Shown here in pieces: positions 18,825-29,400 of a DNA stretch of 64,000 nt (the stretch's first letter is position 1; each line of letters starts with the position of its first letter). Where the stretch lies: contig JAGGYH010000025.1 in NCBI GenBank assembly GCA_021162615.1, positions 26,364 to 90,363 on the forward strand. The letters are read 5' to 3'. Source of the stretch: Candidatus Aminicenantes bacterium. GTDB lineage: Bacteria; Acidobacteriota; Aminicenantia; Aminicenantales; Aminicenantaceae. Both the position numbers and the translations under genes were made by a program. Under the pieces are notes generated by a model. It searched no databases. It was not told the DNA's origin and saw nothing but the letters and a program-made list of their open reading frames with translations.

Positions 18825-18857
18825 CCTGACCTATTCATAAAAAAACAGCGATGTTCG
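18821..18857 (+). repeat. Solo MITE End-B
   Basis: TTAACCTGACCTATTCATAAAAAAACAGCGATGTTCG. The dipeptidase TAA stop (18822-18824) lies inside the TTAA terminus. Confidence 0.75.
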
Positions 18858-18864
18858 TTTTTTT

Positions 18865-19263
18865 TTATTTGTCTTTTTGGCCATCCTTATTTATATCCAG
18901 TACATCATAAATTTTTTTTAACATCAGTCCCATATCCAGCGGTTTATTCATAATATCTTCAGCTCCGGATTCTTTTGCTTCGTGTATTAAAGCCAGATTG
19001 CTTTTATAAACGGCTGTCATCAAGATAACCTTTATGTTTTTATATTCATCGGATTTTTTTATTTTCCTGCACAAATCAAATCCATGTAATTTGGGCATCA
19101 GCATATCACTGATCACTAAGGACGGCTTCTCTTCTTTTATCAATTCAAATCCCTCTTCCCCGTTGCTTGCACTGTATACCCAAAATCCCTTCATAATCAA
19201 CGTCTTCTCCATAATTGCCAGAGTCGTTCTATCGTCATCAACAATCACAATCTTTATCGCCAT
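18865..19263 (-). CDS. Single-domain response regulator (CheY-like receiver)
   Basis: Acidic pocket DDD, phospho-acceptor context VISDMLMP, conserved T and K positions. Confidence 0.85.
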   Translation of the reverse strand: MAIKIVIVDDDRTTLAIMEKTLIMKGFWVYSASNGEEGFELIKEEKPSLVISDMLMPKLHGFDLCRKIKKSDEYKNIKVILMTAVYKSNLALIHEAKESGAEDIMNKPLDMGLMLKKIYDVLDINKDGQKDK

Positions 19264-19466
19264 TTTAAATCCTGTTTTTTATTTATCAGTTTTAATTATA
19301 CTAAGAATAATACATAATTAAAATTAAAGAATATACCCAAAGAAAAAAGTCAACCCATTCAATAATTCAATGAGAATTTGTGATTTGACAATCTGAACTC
19401 ACCTGGTATATTAAGGACATGGAATATATGGACTCCAAATTTTTATTATGACTCTTTAAACCCAGG

Positions 19467-20720
19467 ATGGTTTCTCTCTATATAGAATTCTCGATTTTAT
19501 TTATACTTCTTTGTTTATCAGCCTTCTTTTCAGGATCTGAGACCGCTTTCTTTTCACTGTCTCACTATCAAATTGAAAAAATCGTTCTAAAAAAGCCGTC
19601 AAAGGGGATTAAAATACGCAGGCTATTGAACTCTCCCCGCAGCTTGATCATAACCATACTTTTAGGAAACGAGTTTGTTAACATTTCCTTATCTACCCTT
19701 TCTGCTGGGATTATTATCCATCTATTCGGCCAGAAAACTCCATGGATCAATATTGGAATCGTTCTCCCTTTACTGCTTCTGTTTGGTGAAATCACACCCA
19801 AAACAATAGCTATCTATAACAATGAGAAATTCTCTTCATTTGTGATCACTCCTCTATATATCTTCGAAAGCATGATAAGGCCTTTGAGATGGCTTATCAA
19901 AAAAATTTCAGATCAAGTGGTCAATATCTTTGTCAGGGAGAGCTCAAGGAAGGAAAGCATTCTCACTGAAGACATAGTTAAAACCATTGTAGAGGAAAGC
20001 GAAAAGGAAGGAGTTCTGGATAACTCAGAAAAAAAATATATCTTTAAAGTGTTTGATTTTGGAGACACAACCATTGATGAAGTGATGACCCCTCGCTCCA
20101 ATCTCTTCTGCCTTCCCTTTGAAATGCCCTTAATAGAAATGATCCAAAAAATAAAACAAAGCCATTACTCCAAAGTGCCCATATATAAAAAGAGCCGTGA
20201 TAATATCATTGGAATCTTATTTGCTACGGATCTTATCGGGTTAAAAACACAGGAAATAGAAGATTCGGAAAAAACACTGATCAAGATCCTGAGAGAGCCT
20301 TTCTTTGCACCTGTCAATAAAAGAGCTGATGAACTTTTCAGGACTTTCCAGAGAAAAAAAATGTCCTATGCTATAGTCCTGGATGAATATGGTGGTATAC
20401 AGGGCCTTGTGACTATGGAGGACCTGCTTGAACTTATATTCGGTGATATTTCCGATGAATACGAAAAAGAAAAAAAGCACCATCAAAAAATAAACAGTAC
20501 GACATTTCGAATTAAAGCAAACATGCCATTGAACAAGTTCAATCAACTCTTTGGCACGGACATAAAATCAAAGGAAATGGAAACAATAGGGGGTTTTCTT
20601 TTTTCATTGTTTGGGGAACTCCCTAAAGAAAACATGAAAATAAAATATAATAATCTATTATTCACTGTGGATAAAATCACAAGAAACAGGATTGATTCAA
20701 TAACCGTTAAAAAACAATAA
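19467..20720 (+). CDS. CNNM/CorC-family transporter (DUF21-CBS pair-CorC_HlyC)
   Basis: N-terminal TM region with FFSGSETAF, a central CBS pair, and a C-terminal CorC/HlyC-type domain. Confidence 0.8.
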   Translation: MVSLYIEFSILFILLCLSAFFSGSETAFFSLSHYQIEKIVLKKPSKGIKIRRLLNSPRSLIITILLGNEFVNISLSTLSAGIIIHLFGQKTPWINIGIVLPLLLLFGEITPKTIAIYNNEKFSSFVITPLYIFESMIRPLRWLIKKISDQVVNIFVRESSRKESILTEDIVKTIVEESEKEGVLDNSEKKYIFKVFDFGDTTIDEVMTPRSNLFCLPFEMPLIEMIQKIKQSHYSKVPIYKKSRDNIIGILFATDLIGLKTQEIEDSEKTLIKILREPFFAPVNKRADELFRTFQRKKMSYAIVLDEYGGIQGLVTMEDLLELIFGDISDEYEKEKKHHQKINSTTFRIKANMPLNKFNQLFGTDIKSKEMETIGGFLFSLFGELPKENMKIKYNNLLFTVDKITRNRIDSITVKKQ

Positions 20721-21982
20721 TGTCTATTCTAACTCATATTTTAATCATCCTTGTGTGCGTTCTGAGCGAGGCTTTTTTCTCCGGCTCTGAAATCGCTCTT
20801 GTCTCTGTTGATAAAATCCAACTGAGGCATATGACAAAAAAAGGACATAAGCCCTCTTCTTTGGCTTTAAAATTGTTAAGAAAACCCGAATGGATACTGG
20901 GCACCACCTTATTGGGAACAAATCTAGCCACGATAACGAGCACGACTATTTCCGCCTCTCTTTTCTATAAATTATTCGGTCTGGTCGGTATCCCCGTGTC
21001 CATTCTGATTATGGCTTTTGCAAACTGGATATTTGCAGAAATAGTCCCCAAAAGCATTTTCCAGCAACTGTCCAACCAACTGACCCCGAAGATATCCTAT
21101 GTGATTCATTTTTTCTCATTGCTGTTTTTTCCTTTTGTCTGGCTTTTCTCTAAAATCGCTAACGGTCTTGTGGCACTTTTCACGGGAAAGCATCGCATCA
21201 AGAAAACTCCCTTTGTAACAAGAGAAGAGATGAAGCACATGATAGACTTCAAGCACAGCAGAAGCGATGTCAAGCCAAGTGAACGGCAAATGATCAACAG
21301 GCTCCTTGATTTTTCTGAAACAGAAGTCTCTGAAATAATGGTCCCCCTAATAGATGTGAAAGCTATAAGCTCTAAAGCGACAGTGAAGGAGGCTGTCTCG
21401 CTCTTTGTGGAATCAAAACACAGAAGACTTCCTGTATATCATAAAAGAATAGACCGAATTATCGGGATTCTGAACAATTTTGATATCCTCGGCGAAAAGG
21501 GGGGCAAGAAAATCAAACAGTTCATCCGGAAAGCCTATTATATTCCTCCTACCAAAAAGGCATCCGTGCTCCTGAAAGAACTTCAGAACAACGGCGTAAA
21601 CATTGCTATTATTGTGGATGAATTCGGAGGCACTGAGGGCATTGTGACCATTGAAGACATACTGGAGGAAGTGGTGGGTGAAATAGAGGACGAATATGAT
21701 GAATTCAAACCCGAATATAAGATCCAGAAAGACGGCTCCATCCTGGTGAGCGCCAGAATGAGCATAGAAGAAATCAATAAACTCTTTCAGTTGAACATTC
21801 CAAAGGCCGGCTATGAAACAATAGGAGGATATGCCATAAGCAGATTAAACAGAATCCCCAAAAGAGGAGAGGTCATTGAGGCACGCGATGCTACCCTTTA
21901 CATACAAAGAGCAACGGATACAAATATTGTGATGATTAAAATCAAAAAGAAAGATATCAATAAGAATGGACCTTTCAAATAA
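20720..21982 (+). CDS. CNNM/CorC-family transporter (tandem paralogue)
   Basis: Same architecture (FFSGSEIAL...). Its start overlaps the upstream stop (TAATG). Confidence 0.8.
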   Translation: MSILTHILIILVCVLSEAFFSGSEIALVSVDKIQLRHMTKKGHKPSSLALKLLRKPEWILGTTLLGTNLATITSTTISASLFYKLFGLVGIPVSILIMAFANWIFAEIVPKSIFQQLSNQLTPKISYVIHFFSLLFFPFVWLFSKIANGLVALFTGKHRIKKTPFVTREEMKHMIDFKHSRSDVKPSERQMINRLLDFSETEVSEIMVPLIDVKAISSKATVKEAVSLFVESKHRRLPVYHKRIDRIIGILNNFDILGEKGGKKIKQFIRKAYYIPPTKKASVLLKELQNNGVNIAIIVDEFGGTEGIVTIEDILEEVVGEIEDEYDEFKPEYKIQKDGSILVSARMSIEEINKLFQLNIPKAGYETIGGYAISRLNRIPKRGEVIEARDATLYIQRATDTNIVMIKIKKKDINKNGPFK

Positions 21983-22886
21983 AAAGAAACCAACGACAGG
22001 ATATGTTTATGACAAAATCTATAAAGAGCATATTCTCTTCAAAGGGCACCCGGAATCCCCTGACAGACTTACAGCCATTCAAGACAGACTTAAACAGACG
22101 GGACTATTCGATGAAGTAAAGCACCTGGTTCCCAAGAAAGATCCGATTCCTTTTATAAAAAGAATCCATTCACAAAATCACGTCTCCCGGATAAAATCCA
22201 TACCTAAAACCGGGCAAATCGCAGTCAAAGCTGTCTCCGGAGTATTGGAAGCAGTAGACGCTGTATGCTCCGGAGATGTAAAAAATGCTTTTTGCGCTAT
22301 CAGGCCTCCCGGACATCATGCTCAAAATTCCGGCAGTGAGGAGGGATTCTGCTTCTATAACAATATATCTGTTGCCGCCCGTTATATTCAAGAAACATAT
22401 TTTTATAAAAACATCTTGATCATAGATTGGGACTACCATCATGGAAACGGGACCGAACATTTTTTTTATGAGGACCCGTCCGTGCTCTTTTTTTCCACCC
22501 ATGATTGGTATGCCTACCCGGGAACCGGGGATCCTTTAAAAACAGGATCCGGGGAAGGAAAGGGCTACAATATCAATGTCCATATTTCTCCTGGTTCAGG
22601 AGATAAAACCATTCAAAAGGCATGGGAAGAGAATCTTATCCCGAAACTGGACTCCTTCCATCCTGATTTTGTGCTTATTTCCGCAGGATTCGACAGCAGG
22701 GTGGAAGACCTTCTAGGAAGTTTTAGCATCACTGATAAAGGATTTTATGAACTTTCAAGAACAGCTCTTCATATTGCTGACACTTACTGTGAAGGAAGGC
22801 TGGTCTCTGTTTTAGAGGGCGGATACAATCCCACCGGATTAGCCAAAGCCGTGTCCGTCCATATAAAAGCCCTCTTAAGATACTGA
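21966..22886 (+). CDS. Histone deacetylase-family amidohydrolase (AcuC/acetylpolyamine amidohydrolase-like)
   Basis: RPPGHHA, DWDYHHGNG and EGGY motifs. Confidence 0.85.
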   Translation: MDLSNKKKPTTGYVYDKIYKEHILFKGHPESPDRLTAIQDRLKQTGLFDEVKHLVPKKDPIPFIKRIHSQNHVSRIKSIPKTGQIAVKAVSGVLEAVDAVCSGDVKNAFCAIRPPGHHAQNSGSEEGFCFYNNISVAARYIQETYFYKNILIIDWDYHHGNGTEHFFYEDPSVLFFSTHDWYAYPGTGDPLKTGSGEGKGYNINVHISPGSGDKTIQKAWEENLIPKLDSFHPDFVLISAGFDSRVEDLLGSFSITDKGFYELSRTALHIADTYCEGRLVSVLEGGYNPTGLAKAVSVHIKALLRY

Positions 22887-22946
22887 TTGGATTAAACCTC
22901 AGGCGATTTGATTTTTTTCCTGTATTCTGATAAAAAACGGAACTAA

Positions 22947-23960
22947 ATGCCATTGAACAAAAAAAAGAAAAAATTACTCAAAATCATTGATAATTTCTCC
23001 CAAAAAAAAATAGTGGTCTGGGGAGACTACATTCTTGATGAATATGTATATGGGCATACCCGGCGTATTTCAAGAGAAGCTCCCGTCCTGATCCTTTCGT
23101 ATAAAAACAATATATTCTCATTGGGCGGAGCAGGAAACTCTCTTTTGAATCTTAAATCCCTCGGAGCCTCCCCTATCCCTGTCGGAGTTGTCGGAACAAA
23201 CAAAACAGGAAAAGAAACGCTAAAAATTATTGAAAATCACGGTATTTCTTCAAAATTTCTCATCAAAAAAGCACACTATATAACCCCTTCCAAAACAAGG
23301 ATATTGGCTGGCGAGGAAGGAACCTCAAAACAGCAGATATTAAGAATAGACAAAGAGAGCAGAGTTCCGGACACAAAGAAAATAAAAAACTCACTTCTGA
23401 ATGCATTGATCAATTCGTCATATAAAGCTGATGCTGTTCTTATATCTGATTACCATTATTTCACTGTCAAAAAAGACATCTATGATGAAGTGCTTCCCCG
23501 CTTCAAGCAAGCAGGTATTTTAGTTGCGCTGGACTCCCGATTCAGGCTTGTCGAGTTCAAAAACACCACTATCTCAACTCCAAATGAAAATGAGGCAAAA
23601 AAGGCTCTTGGGATAGATACTTACAATGACATCGGTTCCCCCGAGGAGATCGGAGAAAAGCTGCTTGAAAAAACAGGAAGTGAATCCATACTCCTTACAA
23701 GGGGATCAAAGGGCATGATGTTGTTCCAAAAAGGTAAGAAACCATATAATATCAACATCTTCGGCACTGAAGAAATCGTGGATGTCACAGGGGCTGGAGA
23801 CACAGTCATAAGTCTATTGGCCCTTGCTCTCAGCACAGGCGCAGAGCCTGAGAATGCGGCACTGATAGCCAATTATGCCGCAGGCATTGTGGTGATGAAA
23901 AAAGGCACGGCCACTGTTTCCACAGAAGAATTGAGGGAGGCGATTGTTTCTAAAAATTGA
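22947..23960 (+). CDS. hldA: PfkB-family sugar kinase, D-glycero-beta-D-manno-heptose-7-phosphate kinase-like (RfaE domain I)
   Basis: PfkB signature DVTGAGDT. Followed by the adenylyltransferase and a heptosyltransferase. Confidence 0.7.
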   Translation: MPLNKKKKKLLKIIDNFSQKKIVVWGDYILDEYVYGHTRRISREAPVLILSYKNNIFSLGGAGNSLLNLKSLGASPIPVGVVGTNKTGKETLKIIENHGISSKFLIKKAHYITPSKTRILAGEEGTSKQQILRIDKESRVPDTKKIKNSLLNALINSSYKADAVLISDYHYFTVKKDIYDEVLPRFKQAGILVALDSRFRLVEFKNTTISTPNENEAKKALGIDTYNDIGSPEEIGEKLLEKTGSESILLTRGSKGMMLFQKGKKPYNINIFGTEEIVDVTGAGDTVISLLALALSTGAEPENAALIANYAAGIVVMKKGTATVSTEELREAIVSKN

Positions 23961-24433
23961 ATAAAATAATCCCCTTAAAGAAGCTCAAACAAATTATTAT
24001 AAAACAAAAAAAAGAAGGAAAAACCGTTGTGCTTGCCAATGGGTGTTTTGACCTCATCCATGTGGGACATATAAGATATCTCAAGGGTGCACGTATGAGC
24101 GGAGATATTCTGGTGATAGCTCTTAACAGTGACTCATCTGTGAACCGGCTAAAAGGCCCGGGGAGGCCTATTTTAAACCAAAACCAAAGAGCTGATATAC
24201 TTTCTGGATTTGAATTTGTTGACCATATAATCATTTTTGATGAAAGCGACGTCTCCCGTATTCTACTTTCTCTCAAACCAGATATCCATGCCAAAGGATC
24301 TGACTACACAGAAGAGACGGTTCCGGAGAAGGATGTGGTGTGCAGCTACGGAGGGAAAGTGGCCATAGTAGGAGGGCCAAAAATTAAATCCACATCTGAA
24401 ATAATACTGGAAATCAATAAAAAAAACGAATGA
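23957..24433 (+). CDS. hldC: Cytidylyltransferase-fold heptose-1-phosphate adenylyltransferase-like (RfaE domain II)
   Basis: GCFDLIHVGHIRYL nucleotidyltransferase motif. TTG start overlaps the upstream TGA (TTGA); there is no in-frame ATG before the motif. Confidence 0.7.
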   Translation: MNKIIPLKKLKQIIIKQKKEGKTVVLANGCFDLIHVGHIRYLKGARMSGDILVIALNSDSSVNRLKGPGRPILNQNQRADILSGFEFVDHIIIFDESDVSRILLSLKPDIHAKGSDYTEETVPEKDVVCSYGGKVAIVGGPKIKSTSEIILEINKKNE

Positions 24434-25476
24434 AGACACCAGATAACTTCTCGGAATATAAGGATATCTTCATAATAAAGCTTTCCTCTCTGGGCGACAT
24501 AATCCACACTCTCCCTGCTTATTCAGTTTTAAGGAGCTCTTTTCCTGAAAAGAGCATATCCTGGGTCGTCGAAAAAGAAGCCGAACAGATTCTAGAGCTA
24601 GTCGAGGGACTGGACCAGATCATAACCATTGATCTCAAAAGCAAACCGTTTTACAGGCGCGTTTTCTGGTCAACACTCGCTGAAGTAAAATCAAGCATGC
24701 GGCAAAGAAAAAGCATCGCACTGGATTTTCAAGGCCTTGTCAAATCAGGATTGATATCCTTTTTATCAATGTCAGAAAAAAGGATAGGTTTTCACAGAAA
24801 AAATCTCAAAGAACCGCTTGCCTCACTCTTCTACACCCACCACCTCAAACCTGTGTCTGAAAACATGCATGTTATCCGTAAAAATTTAAAACTGCTCTCA
24901 TTGTTGGGAATTAGTGAAAAAAGATGGGACTTCCCTATTCGAATATCTCCAGGGCTTATTGAATCCACTCAGGATAAGCTTAAAAAGAATGGAATCAACA
25001 TCAGTAAAAATAGCGTTCTTTTCAATATCGGAGGTGCCTGGCAGACAAAAAGATGGTTTCCGGATAACTGGGTAAAGCTCATAAAAATGCTTGATTTTAA
25101 AAGTTTAACTCCTTTGGTTTTGTGGGGGAACGACGAGGAAAAACAGACTGCTATCAAAATCAGTGAAAAGACAGGTGTGGCGGCCGTTCCTTTTCTGACC
25201 GTTAAAGAAGTTTTCGCCCTCATCCATGAATCAGCCTTCATAGTCAGCGGCGATTCCTTTCCCCTTCATGCAGCCTCCGCTCTTTCTATCCCCGTTGTCG
25301 GCATATTCGGGCCTACAAACCCGAATCGAAATGGGCCCTTTAATAAAAAAGACAAAATCGCATTCTCCGAGCTCGGCTGCAGCTACTGTTATAAACACAC
25401 CTGTGATAAACTGGACTGCCTGAAAAGAATCAAACCATCTGAAGTCGCCCGTTTATGTAGAGAGTTGCTGGATTAA
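24430..25476 (+). CDS. Glycosyltransferase family 9 (LPS heptosyltransferase)
   Basis: GT9-like N-terminus (IIKLSSLGDIIHTLPA) and C-terminal GDSFPLHAA block. Confidence 0.8.
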   Translation: MKTPDNFSEYKDIFIIKLSSLGDIIHTLPAYSVLRSSFPEKSISWVVEKEAEQILELVEGLDQIITIDLKSKPFYRRVFWSTLAEVKSSMRQRKSIALDFQGLVKSGLISFLSMSEKRIGFHRKNLKEPLASLFYTHHLKPVSENMHVIRKNLKLLSLLGISEKRWDFPIRISPGLIESTQDKLKKNGINISKNSVLFNIGGAWQTKRWFPDNWVKLIKMLDFKSLTPLVLWGNDEEKQTAIKISEKTGVAAVPFLTVKEVFALIHESAFIVSGDSFPLHAASALSIPVVGIFGPTNPNRNGPFNKKDKIAFSELGCSYCYKHTCDKLDCLKRIKPSEVARLCRELLD

Positions 25477-26025
25477 ATGAAAAGAACAAAACTAAAAAAT
25501 ACAATTTACAGATGGAGGGTCCGCATAGGGTCATTAGCTGCTGCAGCTGCTGTTATACTGGCCAGGCCTTCTTTTAGGTCTGTGATTATAGGATTTATTA
25601 TCTCCACAATTGGTCTGTTGTTAAGAACATGGGCGTGCGGACATATCCAAAAAGAAACAAAATTATCCATGTCCGGCCCCTACAGATACACAAGGAATCC
25701 CCTTTATTTTGGTAACCTTATTATAGGAACAGGTGTCACAACAGGAGCTCATTCCTGGTGGGTCTTCGGTATTTTTTGTCTTTACTTTTTTATATTTTAC
25801 CCTGTCATCATAGGTTTTGAAAAACAAAAAATGGAACGCCTTTTTCCCTCTCAATACCAGACATTCAAAAAAGTTCCTCTGTTTATCCCCGCACTCAGAC
25901 CGCGAATTTCTTATAAAAAAGAGGCTTTCAAATGGTCTCTATATTTAGCCAACAAAGAATACAGAGCTTTTGTTGGAGTGATGATTTTTTGGGCTTCTCT
26001 GATAATCAAGACCATCATAACCTGA
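25477..26025 (+). CDS. Membrane methyltransferase, ICMT/PEMT-like family
   Basis: Polytopic protein with the YRYTRNPLYFGNL motif. Confidence 0.65.
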   Translation: MKRTKLKNTIYRWRVRIGSLAAAAAVILARPSFRSVIIGFIISTIGLLLRTWACGHIQKETKLSMSGPYRYTRNPLYFGNLIIGTGVTTGAHSWWVFGIFCLYFFIFYPVIIGFEKQKMERLFPSQYQTFKKVPLFIPALRPRISYKKEAFKWSLYLANKEYRAFVGVMIFWASLIIKTIIT

Positions 26026-26026
26026 C

Positions 26027-26623
26027 ATGCCGACTAAAAAGAGAAAAAAAAGAGTCAGGGACGTTCTGTGCTTTCGTCAGCCTGACCTCAGAGTCGTGCT
26101 TGAAGATATTACCAACACCCATAATGCCAGTGCTGTTGTAAGGACATGTGATGCTGCGGGAATTCTCTATATCGATATTATTCATTCAAGACCTGAGCCG
26201 TTCCTGATTAATGAATCAATATCTACAAGGGCGGAAAAATGGATCAAATTCAGCCATTACTCTTCCACTAAGGAGTGTTTCAGCTCCTTAAAACAACAAG
26301 GATTTAAAATTGCCTGCACACACATCAGCTCTGAAGCCGCGGATTATACTTCCATAGACTACACACAACCCATAGCGGTTGTGTTTGGAAATGAACTGGA
26401 GGGAGTAACAGAAGAAGCCGTGCATCTTTCTGATCATCTCATCCAAATCCCTATGTTTGGTATGGTACAAAGCCTCAATTTATCAGTATCTGCCGGAATC
26501 ATACTTTATGAAGCGTGCCGGCAGAGAGTTCAAAAAGGATTGTATGAAAAAACCCGCCTTTCTGAAAAAAAATTTAATGAGATTCAAAAAGAATGGCTGG
26601 GATTAGAAAAAAACCAAAAATGA
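26027..26623 (+). CDS. SpoU/TrmH-family RNA 2'-O-methyltransferase
   Basis: SPOUT blocks NTHNASAVVRTCDAAG, FGNELEGV, IPMFGMVQSLNLSVS. Confidence 0.8.
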   Translation: MPTKKRKKRVRDVLCFRQPDLRVVLEDITNTHNASAVVRTCDAAGILYIDIIHSRPEPFLINESISTRAEKWIKFSHYSSTKECFSSLKQQGFKIACTHISSEAADYTSIDYTQPIAVVFGNELEGVTEEAVHLSDHLIQIPMFGMVQSLNLSVSAGIILYEACRQRVQKGLYEKTRLSEKKFNEIQKEWLGLEKNQK

Positions 26624-26626
26624 AGT

Positions 26627-26667
26627 AAAAAAAAGGAGGCAGGAAGTTTTATCCGCTTCCTGCCTCC
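26627..26667 (-). terminator. Rho-independent terminator of the sigma/anti-sigma/HtrA operon
   Basis: 12-bp stem GGAGGCAGGAAG/CTTCCTGCCTCC, followed on the minus strand by T8 (26627-26634). Confidence 0.75.
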
Positions 26668-26718
26668 CGGAAAATTGGAGCACAAAAGCAAGCCTAGACT
26701 TTTATGCACCGATACTGT

Positions 26719-28200
26719 TCAATTCTCTTCAAAAAGGCGTTTCCATGATGCCCGCTTCCGAAGATCTGACAAAAAAGGAAAATCTTTTTCTTCCCGCTCT
26801 ACGATAACCTCGATATGGACCACTTTGGTATTCCGGAGGACTTCTAGGCTGACCTTTTCCTCTTCTTCTTTTCTCTGGATGATCCCTTCCAGCTCTTTCG
26901 TTTTTTCTATTCTCCTTCCGTCAGCCTTTATTATGACATCCCCCACTTTCAATCCTGCTTTCTCTGCAGGCCCGTCTTTGACGATTTTTGTGACCAGCAA
27001 ACCCGTTCCCCTGTTCACTCCAAAGTATTCAGAAAGGTCCCTGTTTATCTCTTCAAGATAAACACCGATATGATTTCTTCCTTTTTCAACGAGTGAAAAG
27101 TACCAACCTTCGGGTTTGGTAATTTTTTCCAGCCTGAATTTATCGGGAGAAAAGAGAAGAGGATATTTTTCCTTGAATTCTGCCATTATGTTTTTTTCTG
27201 AGTACTCGCCCAACTCGACCTTAATGTTTTTTGTCTTATCGTCTCTTTTAATCACTATTTTCAGTTTATCACCAGGCCTGTGCATTCTGATATCATAAGC
27301 GAGCATACTGGAGCTGGTGACTTTTTCTCCGTCAAACTCAACGATAATGTCTCCTTTCCTTATTCCTGCTTTCTCCGCAGGGCTGTCTGTATCCACATCA
27401 TAGACCTCTATTTCTTCGTCACGGTTTTCGATTATGGATACCCCAAGCCACCCCCTCTGGACTTTCCCTTTTTCTTTGATCTCTGTAGCCACTTTTCTCA
27501 CAACATCAATCGGAATAGCCACGGCCAGCCCGGAGACAGGCGTTCCAACAATGCTTAACGAGAGACTTCCTCCGACTATATGACTCCTGGGATCATTATC
27601 CCCTAAAACATCCCACGTTGTTTGACCTGAGTAAACGCCTCTGATTAAACCAACCATCCTGCCTTTCTCATTCACTACAGGACTTCCGCTCGAACCAGGC
27701 ATCAAACACACATTTAAACGGATTTTATCCCGACTTATGGAACTCACTATACCGCTTGTCACAGCCGTAGAATCTTCAGGAGATATTGATATAACTCCGA
27801 TCCACGAGCCGGTGTCAACTTCCTCTTTTTCTCCCCATTCAATTGACTCCCATTTCCCGCCTTCAGCTTTAACCAGAGCAATGTGAGTGACAGGATCCAT
27901 CCCAACAAGCTCTGCATCGAACTTCTCCCCGCTGGAATTTTTCACAAAAATATTTGTTCCGATAGGAGAAACCAATGCGGTCGTGACAATATATCCGTCT
28001 TTCCCTATGACCACACCGGTTGCCACTTTTCTCATCCCGTTTACAGCTTCCACTCGAACAACTGAAGGAGCAGCTTTTTGAATTATTTGTTTGACATCTA
28101 TATCGCCATCCAGGCCATATCCGGTTGCACTGCATGTAAGAAATACGGAAACCGCCGCTATAAAAACCATTGTCAGCATTTTTCTTATATTGTTGTTCAT
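26719..28200 (-). CDS. HtrA/DegP-like serine protease with two PDZ domains
   Basis: Signal peptide. Trypsin-like GSSGSPVV active-site serine block. Two PDZ-like segments (PAEKAGIRKGDII, PAEKAGLKVGDVI). Confidence 0.85.
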   Translation of the reverse strand: MNNNIRKMLTMVFIAAVSVFLTCSATGYGLDGDIDVKQIIQKAAPSVVRVEAVNGMRKVATGVVIGKDGYIVTTALVSPIGTNIFVKNSSGEKFDAELVGMDPVTHIALVKAEGGKWESIEWGEKEEVDTGSWIGVISISPEDSTAVTSGIVSSISRDKIRLNVCLMPGSSGSPVVNEKGRMVGLIRGVYSGQTTWDVLGDNDPRSHIVGGSLSLSIVGTPVSGLAVAIPIDVVRKVATEIKEKGKVQRGWLGVSIIENRDEEIEVYDVDTDSPAEKAGIRKGDIIVEFDGEKVTSSSMLAYDIRMHRPGDKLKIVIKRDDKTKNIKVELGEYSEKNIMAEFKEKYPLLFSPDKFRLEKITKPEGWYFSLVEKGRNHIGVYLEEINRDLSEYFGVNRGTGLLVTKIVKDGPAEKAGLKVGDVIIKADGRRIEKTKELEGIIQRKEEEEKVSLEVLRNTKVVHIEVIVEREEKDFPFLSDLRKRASWKRLFEEN

Positions 28201-28214
28201 TTTAAACAGACCTC

Positions 28215-28616
28215 CTAAAATTTGGTTCTAGCATCGGTGCTTTCTGAGACCTGCTCTAGTATATATACAGTTACAGGCTGGCTTGTTTGCTTTCCTATTT
28301 CCCTTGAATAATCAACAGCTTCGGTAATGGGGATTCTGTTTTCATGACCAATTCTGAAATAATTCTCCATGGCTTGAACTCTTTCTGTATCCTTTTCCGC
28401 AAATTCCTGTATACTCTTGCCTCCGCTAAAGAAAAAGATGCTGTAAACCAAAAGCAATACCCCTAAGGTACCTACGGCTCCTGCCAATGAAAGACTGAGA
28501 ATGCGGCCCTTTTGCTTTTTCTTTTTTCTCTGAATCAAAAGATTCATGACTCCTTTTTCGAAATATTCCGGAGCCTCCACTCTTTCATATTTTTTCAAAA
28601 TATCAAGCTCTCTCAT
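28215..28616 (-). CDS. Putative single-pass anti-sigma factor
   Basis: Overlaps the stop of the ECF sigma gene. One central TM helix. No recognisable domain. Confidence 0.5.
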   Translation of the reverse strand: MRELDILKKYERVEAPEYFEKGVMNLLIQRKKKKQKGRILSLSLAGAVGTLGVLLLVYSIFFFSGGKSIQEFAEKDTERVQAMENYFRIGHENRIPITEAVDYSREIGKQTSQPVTVYILEQVSESTDARTKF

Positions 28617-29205
28617 TTTCGAACTCCTGAGCTTCTGGTTTAAAATTTATATTAAAATCATCCTTTCTGATTTCCTGTTTAAGGTATTGTCTTCCCCTGC
28701 TTATCTGCGCTTTTATGGTTCCAACCGGTTTTTTGAGCATATCGGCAATTTCCTCTTGTGAGAAACCTTCTATATCTTTGAGCACAAGCGGAATTCTGTA
28801 GCGCCGATGCAGATTGTTGAGCGCCTTTCTGATCTTTTTTACTGTTTCTTTCATTTCAAAGTCATCCGTTTCTGACAGTCCCTGCTGGTTGTTGTTGTAT
28901 ACATTCTCTAAAGGAATACTCCTTTGTTTATTCATCTTCTTTAACTCTGTTTTTGCCAAATTCGATGCAATTGTAAAAAGCCACGAAGAAAAAGGAGCCT
29001 TTGGTCTGTATTTTTTTGCCTTATAATAAACCCTTATGAATGTTTCTTGAGATAATTCCACGGCTTTTTCATAATCCCCGGTCATATTATAGAGAAAATT
29101 AACAATTTTATTTTTGTATTTGTGCATGATTTCTTCAAAAGCATCCTCATCGCCTTTTTGTACTAAAAGTATTAAATTTTTATCGTTCATTCTCTCATCA
29201 TCCAT
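28603..29205 (-). CDS. ECF (group 4) sigma-70 factor
   Basis: Region 2 (FEEIMHKYKNKIVNFLYNMTGDYEKAVELSQETFIRVY) and region 4 (SQEEIADMLKKPVGTIKAQISRGR). Confidence 0.85.
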   Translation of the reverse strand: MDDERMNDKNLILLVQKGDEDAFEEIMHKYKNKIVNFLYNMTGDYEKAVELSQETFIRVYYKAKKYRPKAPFSSWLFTIASNLAKTELKKMNKQRSIPLENVYNNNQQGLSETDDFEMKETVKKIRKALNNLHRRYRIPLVLKDIEGFSQEEIADMLKKPVGTIKAQISRGRQYLKQEIRKDDFNINFKPEAQEFENERA

Positions 29206-29400
29206 AACTTGTTTGCATCGAGAAAAGTTGCATTAAAAACAATCAAACTCCACATATTTCATACACTTATTATGAAAACATTTACTGCTTTTTGCAAATC
29301 CCTTCATGCTAGGAACCGCGCCCGTTCGCCTCCGGATTACTTCAGAACCAGCCAGCCTGTTTGAAAGTCTAAGTTCTGCATGATATTACTTATCTAACAG

